Positions 57,571-64,000 of a stretch of 64,000 nucleotides of DNA are shown here, piece by piece. The stretch is from Nitrospinota bacterium. GTDB lineage: Bacteria > Nitrospinota > Nitrospinia > Nitrospinales > VA-1. The notes below the pieces were generated by a model. The model saw only the letters and a program-made list of their open reading frames with translations, searched no databases and was not told the DNA's origin. The stretch lies in NCBI GenBank assembly GCA_009873655.1, contig WAIB01000002.1, forward strand, positions 56,413-120,412. Direction: 5' to 3'. Both the position numbers and the translations under genes were made by a program. Positions within the stretch are counted from its first letter, which is position 1; every line of letters begins with the position of its first letter.

Positions 57571-59745
57571 TCAGGGAAAATTGTGTAAATAAATCTCTAC
57601 TGTTTCACCGTCTTGAGCCCAACCGAAATTTCCGGTTCCCGCAAAAGTGGAAATGGTTCCTTTAGCGTCTACCTTTCTGATTCGGTTGTTCCCCATGTCA
57701 GTAATATACATATTGTTTTTCGAATCGAATGCAATTGCGAGAGGGCTTTTCAGCATGGCGCTTGTTGCAGCCCCGCCATCTCCAGAATACCCTTGATAAC
57801 CATTACCAGCCACGCGAACCATTTTCCCGTCTTTGGTGATTTTTCTAATGGTGTTTGCATTCATTCCCACAATATGAAGCTCTCCCTGGGGGCTTACTTT
57901 CAGGTAGTCCATATGTCGAATGCTTGCCTTCAGTGCAGGGCCTCCGTCACCGGCGTTAACATGTTTGCCATTGCCCGCGATGGTGGTTACGGTTCCGTTG
58001 GTATCAATTTTTCGAATCATGTTATTGGCACCATCGGCGATGTACAGATTCCCCTGTTTATCTGTGGCCAATGCGCTCGGATCTCGAAAGGCGGCTTCGC
58101 TGGCCGGTCCCCCATCTCCGTAATAACCCGATTCACCTGTTCCCGCGATGGTGGCGATGTTTCCCTTGGCGTCTACCTTGCGGATCTGGTGATTGAGCCT
58201 GTCCGAAATGAACATATTGCCTTTATGGTCAAAAGCGAAATCGGAAAAGGTCGTGATGGTAGCCAGTTCACCGGTTTGCACCTTTCCCTTGTATTTGCTG
58301 TTGGCGATTGATTCCAGGTATAGGGGGGTCACCGTATCCAGAAATTTTCGCATGATGCCCTTTTCATCGATTTTTCGAATCAGGCTCACGAAACCGCTTG
58401 GACTTACAATGAAAATTTCCCCTTTATTGTTCAGTTTCAACGAGGTGGCACCATAGATAGAGGCTTCCTTGGCCGGCAACCCATCTCCAATATTTCCACG
58501 GATTCCGTTTCCTGCGAAGGTATGAATTTCGCCAGTCGGAGAAATTTTACGAATACGATAATTCCCCTTATCAGAAAAAATCACATTGTCATTTTTATCC
58601 ACTGCAATGCCGTGGGGAAAACTTAAAGTAGCGCCGGTGGCCGGACCGCCGTCACCCGCAAACATTTTCTTTCCATTTCCCGCGATGGTTTTTACACTGC
58701 CTCGTTTTAAGTTGATACTGCGAATCCGGTAATGCGAGCGGTCAATTACCAGAAGATTGCCATTGGGGTTCAGGGTCACGCCAAAGGGAAGGTGGAGATT
58801 CGTCTCCCGTGCGACTTCTGAATCTCCGTTGTAGTCCTGTTTACCTGTTCCCACGACGGTGGTGATCATACCTTGTGAGTCCACCGCGCGTACGCGATTG
58901 TTGCTTCGGTCTGCAATGTACAAGATGCCCTGGTCATCGACCGCCACGCCCGTTGGACCGGCAACGCTGGCACGATAGGCAGGGCCGTTATCGCCACTAA
59001 AGAAGAAGCCCCCATCACCGGCTACCGTGGTTATGGTTCCACGTGAATTTACCCTTCGCACCCGATTGTTGCGCCGGTCTGCGATATATAAATTTCCTTT
59101 TCTATCGAAGGCAATGCCAAAGGGTTTATCGAGGGAGGCTTGCACAGCGGGGCCCGAATCTCCTCTAAAGCCCTCCCTGCCGTTTCCTGCATAAGTATGG
59201 ATATTGCCATTGGAATCGATCATTCGAATGCGGTCATTGGATCGATCTGAGAAATACAAATTTCCCTTTTTATCGAACGCAATTCCCGAAGGGTGATTCA
59301 ATTGCGCGCTGGTGGCAGGCCCGCCATCGCCATTAAAACCGGCAGTGCCTGTTCCTGCAACCGTGCTTATATTTCCACGGGAATCTACTTTACGAATGCG
59401 ATGGTTATTACGGTCAGCGATATACAGGTTTCCCCTCTTGTCTAAGGCCAGCCCGGCTGGCACATTCAATCGGGCTTCGGTGGCCTTTCCACCGTCGCCA
59501 CTGTAACCGGCAGAACCATTGCCTGCATAAGCAGTCATATTGCCTTTAAGATCAATGCGGCTGACAACATTATTATCGCGCCTGGCAATATAAACATTGC
59601 CGTTTTTATCCACCGCAATTCCATCTACCAGGGAGATCTCGGTCTTGGTAGCTGTACCGATTTTTGCCAAAACCTCAGTATCCGGGAAAACATATCCCAG
59701 AAAAAAAGAAAAGACAGTCAACACAAGAAAATATTTTTTGAACAT
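57571..59745 (-). CDS. Secreted NHL-repeat protein (about 12 blades, two beta-propellers)
   Basis: Roughly 56-aa units (YAGNGxxGYSGDGGPATxAxLxxPxGIAxDxxGNLYIADxxNxRIRKVDxxGxIxT) repeated about 12 times. The ATG at 59745 is preceded by GAGG and begins a signal peptide (MFKKYFLVLTVFSFFLG). The ORF track's TTG start is at 59781. Confidence 0.9.
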   Translation of the reverse strand: MFKKYFLVLTVFSFFLGYVFPDTEVLAKIGTATKTEISLVDGIAVDKNGNVYIARRDNNVVSRIDLKGNMTAYAGNGSAGYSGDGGKATEARLNVPAGLALDKRGNLYIADRNNHRIRKVDSRGNISTVAGTGTAGFNGDGGPATSAQLNHPSGIAFDKKGNLYFSDRSNDRIRMIDSNGNIHTYAGNGREGFRGDSGPAVQASLDKPFGIAFDRKGNLYIADRRNNRVRRVNSRGTITTVAGDGGFFFSGDNGPAYRASVAGPTGVAVDDQGILYIADRSNNRVRAVDSQGMITTVVGTGKQDYNGDSEVARETNLHLPFGVTLNPNGNLLVIDRSHYRIRSINLKRGSVKTIAGNGKKMFAGDGGPATGATLSFPHGIAVDKNDNVIFSDKGNYRIRKISPTGEIHTFAGNGIRGNIGDGLPAKEASIYGATSLKLNNKGEIFIVSPSGFVSLIRKIDEKGIMRKFLDTVTPLYLESIANSKYKGKVQTGELATITTFSDFAFDHKGNMFISDRLNHQIRKVDAKGNIATIAGTGESGYYGDGGPASEAAFRDPSALATDKQGNLYIADGANNMIRKIDTNGTVTTIAGNGKHVNAGDGGPALKASIRHMDYLKVSPQGELHIVGMNANTIRKITKDGKMVRVAGNGYQGYSGDGGAATSAMLKSPLAIAFDSKNNMYITDMGNNRIRKVDAKGTISTFAGTGNFGWAQDGETVEIYLHNFP
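57600..59560 (-). repeat. Coding tandem repeat array (NHL blades, about 168-nt period, diverged)
   Basis: Periodic recurrence of GNLYIADR.NNRIRKVD and GDGGPA codons across the gene. This also generates the long spurious antisense ORFs. Confidence 0.8.
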
Positions 59746-60282
59746 TTTAAAAACCTCATTTTGGGCCATAAATTTCGACAAATGATCCTTAAAATCTTAT
59801 CTTTATTACACAAAATAAAATTTGTCGGGGATTGATCGAATTACCCGGAAAGAAAAGCTTTAGATGTCGAATAAGAAGATAATTATACGTTGCCCATATT
59901 CGTTGTCAAATGATTTCAAAAACAATTAGGTTCGAAAAGTCAAGCATCCTAAAGCCCAATCCCAATCGCCAATCCCCTCAATATCGTGCTCCTTCCTTTT
60001 TCCGGTTTTTAAGCGTTTGAGCGAGGTTTCACAATTCAGGGAAATACAAAATGGCAAGAAACAATTGTTGCAGGCTTGAATAGGGGAGTTTGTGGGAGTA
60101 TCCGGCAGGCCCCAAAAGGAAACAATGGGATTTGGGAAAATCGATTAAATTTATTAAAAAAACCCTTCAAAATGGTGTAAACTATTTATATTCAAAGACA
60201 AATAGATTTTCTGGACCAGGTTGGTTAGCCAATAGTGTATTTATTTAGGATCTAAATAAGCTGAATAAGGGGCCATTTTATT

Positions 60283-61284
60283 ATGCGTATTTCTATTTTT
60301 CTGGTTTTTATTTCGATTCAGGCGGTCGGTTTTTTTTCGGACATTAAATTTGCTTTTGGCAATGACCTCCAGGTTTCTTTGGAGAATGAGGTTGCGGGAA
60401 TAACGCCCGGGATGACGCTGCTTCCGAAAGCCACCGGAAACATCAACCAACCGGCTTCCCAAACAACGGGTCCTGAGAAAACGGGCACCCACCCTAAAGA
60501 TGAACCCAAGTTCAACATTCCCGATGACATTTATCAAAGAGCGGGTTTTATTTCCAATAAAATTACCCCGGTGGGCAAGGTAGCCAAAATTTTTGACAAT
60601 AAACTGGGAACCAGTGGACCCGAAAAAGTTTTCATTAATCTGGGCAGAAGGCAGGGATTGGAGTTGGGGGATAAGTTTATCGCATACAGCCAGGAAAAAT
60701 TTATAAATCATCCCGTTCTGGATAAAAGGAGAAATTTTTTGGATATCCTGTACCGAGAAAGAAAGCCGGGTTTCGGAACAGAAAAATTTTGGATGCCCCA
60801 GGGTAAGCCTATGGGCTATCGAACAGATATCAGGGGGGTGTTGGAGGTGATTGAGGTGGGGGAAACCAGTTCCGCGGCACTCATAATTAAAGCATATGAA
60901 GATATCAAGCCCGATGAATTTCTTATGCCCTATCGGGAAATGATAGAGCCCTCGGTCAATGGACAAGATAAATCGATCGATGGCTATGTGGTTGCTACCC
61001 AACAGGACAGAATCATTGTGGGACTCACCGACGTCGTCTACATCGATAAAGGTTGGGTGGACGGTGTTTCAGCTGGCCAGATTTTCGAGGTCTATCATAT
61101 CCCGGAAAAGGTTGTAAAACCCTGGTACCAGGTGAGATCTTTTGGTTTAAAGAGAACCCCAATGCTTCCGGATGTGCTGGGGGAAATCAAGATATTGAAC
61201 ACCCAGAGACATACCGCCACGGCGGTCATCGTACAAAGCCACCTGGATATGCAAGTGGGGCATAAGATAAGAATCAAGCGCTAA
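60283..61284 (+). CDS. Secreted hypothetical protein with duplicated beta-rich module
   Basis: Signal peptide [18 protein letters not shown]. Repeated G-x-h-x-V-h-x-h...h-x-x-G-D/H-x-h motifs. Preferred over the 253-aa antisense ORF, which has junk-like composition. Confidence 0.6.
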   Translation: MRISIFLVFISIQAVGFFSDIKFAFGNDLQVSLENEVAGITPGMTLLPKATGNINQPASQTTGPEKTGTHPKDEPKFNIPDDIYQRAGFISNKITPVGKVAKIFDNKLGTSGPEKVFINLGRRQGLELGDKFIAYSQEKFINHPVLDKRRNFLDILYRERKPGFGTEKFWMPQGKPMGYRTDIRGVLEVIEVGETSSAALIIKAYEDIKPDEFLMPYREMIEPSVNGQDKSIDGYVVATQQDRIIVGLTDVVYIDKGWVDGVSAGQIFEVYHIPEKVVKPWYQVRSFGLKRTPMLPDVLGEIKILNTQRHTATAVIVQSHLDMQVGHKIRIKR

Positions 61285-62480
61285 CCGGCTTCGATTTTCA
61301 GGTATCTTTTTTTGCCCACTTTAATCATGAACTCCTGATTACCCGGGAACTCCTGGTTCACGTCCGATATTTTTTCCCCATTTACTGAAACGGAGCCCTG
61401 CTGAATCAACCTTCTGGCGGCCGATGTGCTATCGGTCAGCTTGTTTTCTTTGAGAATATTGCAGATATTGCGTTTTTCTGAGCCCCATCCTGTGATGACA
61501 GGAATGTCCTCCGGCAGATTTTTTTTCTTGAAAACATTTTCAAATTCACTCGAAGCGGCTTCTGCAAGCTCTGGAGTATGATAGAGAGTAACCAACTCTT
61601 TGGCCAATTGCATTTTGGCGTTTTTGGGATTCAATGCCCCGGACTTTGCCTTCTCTTGCATGGAACGGAGTTCATCTGTAGATACCTGGCTTAGAAGCTC
61701 ATAATACCGCCACATCAAATCATCGGAAATCGACATGACTTTTCCAAACATTTCATTTGGGGAATCGAAGACACCAATACTGTTGCCAAGGCTTTTGCTC
61801 ATTTTTTGTACGCCATCTGTTCCTTCCAGCAATGGCATGGTAAGAACAATTTGCGGCTTTTGTCCGTAAGCACGTTGTAAATCCCGGCCCACCAACAGGT
61901 TGAATTTCTGGTCGGTGCCGCCCAACTCCACATCTGATTTCAGTGCAACGGAATCGTAACCCTGTATCAGGGGATACATGAGCTCATGAATAGATACGGG
62001 CAGATTTTTTGCCAGTCGTTTTTGGAAATCATCTCTTTCCAGCATGCGCGCAACGGTATAATGCGCGGCTAATTCTATCATGTTGACGGAGGTGAACTTT
62101 CCCATCCATTCGCTGTTATAGGCGACGATGGTTTTTTCACTGTCCAGAATTTTGAAAACCTGTTCCAGATAGGTTTTCGCGTTATTTTTGACTTCCTCTG
62201 AAGTGAGATTTTTTCTTGTTTCAGAACGCCCTGTCGGGTCTCCGATCATTCCTGTAAAATCTCCTATGAGGAAAATAACTTCGTGGCCCAGGTCCTGAAA
62301 CTGTTTCATTTTATTCAAGAGCACGGTGTGTCCCAGGTGAAGATCGGGTGCCGTGGGGTCAAACCCGGCCTTGATTTTCAATGGCACGCCCTTTTCAAGC
62401 AATTGAGCCAGATCTTTTTCGTCAATAATCTCAGAGGTTCCCCGTCGAAGGGTTTTCAATTGTTCTTTTGCTGATAACAT
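61281..62480 (-). CDS. tyrS: Tyrosine--tRNA ligase (type 2, with C-terminal S4 domain)
   Basis: HIGH (HLGH), [20 protein letters not shown], and a C-terminal S4-like [18 protein letters not shown]. Confidence 0.95.
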   Translation of the reverse strand: MLSAKEQLKTLRRGTSEIIDEKDLAQLLEKGVPLKIKAGFDPTAPDLHLGHTVLLNKMKQFQDLGHEVIFLIGDFTGMIGDPTGRSETRKNLTSEEVKNNAKTYLEQVFKILDSEKTIVAYNSEWMGKFTSVNMIELAAHYTVARMLERDDFQKRLAKNLPVSIHELMYPLIQGYDSVALKSDVELGGTDQKFNLLVGRDLQRAYGQKPQIVLTMPLLEGTDGVQKMSKSLGNSIGVFDSPNEMFGKVMSISDDLMWRYYELLSQVSTDELRSMQEKAKSGALNPKNAKMQLAKELVTLYHTPELAEAASSEFENVFKKKNLPEDIPVITGWGSEKRNICNILKENKLTDSTSAARRLIQQGSVSVNGEKISDVNQEFPGNQEFMIKVGKKRYLKIEAG

Positions 62481-62672
62481 GTTTGATTGATTTAGGAAAT
62501 CCTTCGGTTTGAAAAGTAAAATTTTTTTATGCGAACCTTTTTATTAGCTCGCAGCATTCTACTTTAGTTTTTAAAATTTTGTTCTAATAATACCTTATTA
62601 TTGATTTGCAAGACGTTCTATAATTAGGGAAAAATAGCTTTTAATTCGGATAAAATTGTTCGAATTCAGCAT

Positions 62673-63086
62673 TTGATTCCAATTCCAGAGAAATCAAGAA
62701 ACGTGGAAGACGAAATTTCGACAGCCGAAAATTCAGACTTAATCCTGGTTCGTTCGCGAAAGTTCAAACAGGCGGGGTATGGATTTTTTATTCTGAATCT
62801 GGTTTACCTGGCTGTTGCCATTTATTTTATTCCGCCCTTTAACCTTGGTTTGACGGCTTTGCTTTCGCTTCTGGCGTTTTTACTTCTTTTAGGCATTTTT
62901 ACTTTTTCTCTTTTGCAGGAGAAAAAACTCCTGGCTCAGATCCTTGCGGTTATTTATGGCGGCCGATCTGTATTTACGTCATACTCACTTATGGCTGGAG
63001 ACACTTTTGAGGCGGTTCCATTTATTTTGCCGTGTCTTCTAATAGCGTTTTATTTACTCGGACGCGCAGGTTGGAATTGGCCCTGA
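62673..63086 (+). CDS. Small integral membrane protein (about 4 TM), hypothetical
   Basis: TTG start is uncertain. Hydrophobic helices are present. The stop overlaps the next ATG (TGATG). Confidence 0.45.
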   Translation: MIPIPEKSRNVEDEISTAENSDLILVRSRKFKQAGYGFFILNLVYLAVAIYFIPPFNLGLTALLSLLAFLLLLGIFTFSLLQEKKLLAQILAVIYGGRSVFTSYSLMAGDTFEAVPFILPCLLIAFYLLGRAGWNWP

Positions 63087-64000
63087 TGAACGACTCACCT
63101 TCCATATTTGTAAAATCGCAGGCTCGAATCCCCCTGCTCACCGGGTCCGGAAAAACATTCTCAGGGCTGGAACATTCTAAATCTCCTGAACTATGCCAAA
63201 GGGTCACCGCTTTTTTCGATTGTTTGAATGAACAAATAGGTTTTCCCGATACAGACCTGGGCCGGGAAAACCAGGCCTTGTTTAATTTATTATTGCAGAC
63301 GGTCTATCCGGAAATAATGATTGACCTGGCAGATCTGGTTTATGTTCAGCACGAGCGGCCCGCTGTTTATTTGAATTTTGATCATATTCATATGAACCTT
63401 AAAAAGGGCCGGGTGGCCCTTGCCGATTCTATGGATCAGATCAATGAAAAATTTTCAGTTCTTTTTCTGGAATTGGCAAAGACAATCCGGGAAAACCCGC
63501 TCTTGTTCCATGATACTCGAATGGTCCAATTATTGAGTGAGAGCTACAGCATTTACCTTTTTCAGACGGAAAATTTCCCCTGGGATAATCCGATGGAAAT
63601 GATTCCTGCCGATTTACAAAGCCCTATTATGGATGTCGCAACAGGTCTTGCGGGGTTCCGTTTGATCCACGACTGGCCGGAGGAATATCCGAAATTGATT
63701 CTTACGGATAATTTACCCTTCATCATTATGGGGTTAACTCACTTTGCAAATCTTTCCGGCAAAAAAAATATTGAAATATTAAACATAGATTTTCCAGATG
63801 GGCCTCTTGGGAGGCATTGTGGCTGTATTCTTGCGAATAAATTTTTACATCATCTGCAAAGAAATGAACGAAAGCAGTTTTTGCAATGGGCGGTTCAGGC
63901 GCTGGATCCGGGGGGGATGTTATTGATTCTCGATACCGATCTGGAAGCTCAGATATTGAAGCGGGCGCAGAACCAGGAATACGGCGACAAACTCATAAGG
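63086..64000 (+). CDS. Class I SAM-methyltransferase-like protein, 3' end outside the window
   Basis: Not in the ORF track because it has no stop in the window. I read 305 codons open from the ATG at 63086 (MNDSPSIFVKSQARIPLL...). DVATGLAGF (motif I-like), LILTDN, and LDPGGMLLILD are present. Confidence 0.5.
   Translation, partial: MNDSPSIFVKSQARIPLLTGSGKTFSGLEHSKSPELCQRVTAFFDCLNEQIGFPDTDLGRENQALFNLLLQTVYPEIMIDLADLVYVQHERPAVYLNFDHIHMNLKKGRVALADSMDQINEKFSVLFLELAKTIRENPLLFHDTRMVQLLSESYSIYLFQTENFPWDNPMEMIPADLQSPIMDVATGLAGFRLIHDWPEEYPKLILTDNLPFIIMGLTHFANLSGKKNIEILNIDFPDGPLGRHCGCILANKFLHHLQRNERKQFLQWAVQALDPGGMLLILDTDLEAQILKRAQNQEYGDKLIR

Noticed and set aside
57613-58311. Long ORFs antisense to real genes: 232 aa opposite the NHL gene, plus 56035-56502, 34106-34645, 47663-48127, 57007-57399, 1747-2139 and 60241-61002.
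   Set aside because: All lie fully inside, and opposite to, ORFs with strong domain evidence. Their products are low-complexity or junk-like (Cys/Arg/Ser/Phe-rich) and lack RBS and motifs. This is the typical shadow of codon-biased or repetitive coding sequence.
57600-59600. Periodic DNA repeats that could be mistaken for a CRISPR-like or satellite array.
   Set aside because: The period (about 168 nt) equals one NHL blade, and the region is one continuous ORF. There is no repeat-spacer structure. Elsewhere, the non-coding gaps (550 nt or less) contain no direct repeat arrays.
60060-60069. Perfect 10-bp palindrome AACAATTGTT in the 500-nt gap upstream of the 333-aa secreted-protein gene, as a possible operator.
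   Set aside because: About 60 perfect 10-bp palindromes are expected by chance in 64 kb (one per 4^5 positions). There is no second half-site or repeat copy nearby.
62481-62672. Possible T-box riboswitch leader upstream of tyrS.
   Set aside because: I found no T-box consensus (…GGTGGTACCGCG…), no specifier-loop or antiterminator architecture, and no terminator hairpin on the minus strand of this gap.
63113-63135. tRNA T-arm-like sequence GCAGGCTCGAATCCCCCTGC.
   Set aside because: The stem-loop has two extra nucleotides relative to a canonical T-arm. No acceptor, D or anticodon arms can be drawn from the flanks, and it lies inside an open reading frame.

Overview
This is a 64-kb chromosomal segment from a diderm, LPS-making bacterium. 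It is densely packed with about 55 CDS on both strands, and I saw no rRNA, tRNA or CRISPR array.

Contents from left to right:
- The tesA / ybbA-ybbP module.
- A degenerate TrpD-like protein, a B12-domain radical SAM enzyme and a CDP-alcohol phosphatidyltransferase.
- A decayed locus holding a 5'-truncated response regulator and a roughly 110-nt IS30 transposase scar.
- A roughly 20-kb lower-GC envelope-glycan island (8.3-28.5 kb). It holds SDR and cupin sugar-nucleotide enzymes, one GT2, four GT4, two GT9 heptosyltransferases, two methyltransferases, an SGNH esterase and three ArnT/PMT-like GT-C enzymes.
- An M20 peptidase.
- c-di-GMP signalling genes: a stand-alone HD-GYP protein, and a hybrid sensor kinase with a receiver-HD-GYP regulator.
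- An orphan secreted protein built from four Cys-pair repeats, and an outer-membrane-protein pseudogene.
- A YhaO/YhaN (SbcCD-like) nuclease-ATPase pair whose ATPase carries a membrane hairpin at the coiled-coil apex.
- An aldo-keto reductase with an Fe-S tail, a membrane-fused spermidine-synthase-like/TPR protein, and a triple PCP_red protein.
- Housekeeping genes engB, DUF1015 and tyrS.

The most unusual block is a minus-strand cluster at 50.3-59.8 kb. Its four cytochrome c genes have overlapping start and stop codons. Two are paralogous giant multihaem cytochromes c with 12 and 10 haem motifs, one of them CX4CH. The other two are a dihaem and a lipoprotein monohaem cytochrome. Upstream on the same strand lie a stand-alone Hpt protein, a secreted protein that may be NTF2-like, and a 12-blade NHL beta-propeller. 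I read this as a candidate uncharacterised periplasmic or extracellular electron-transfer system. No quinol-oxidising or porin partner is recognisable in the window.

Gene coordinates come from the supplied ORF track. Sub-gene coordinates that I derived by hand may be off by 1-2 nt.
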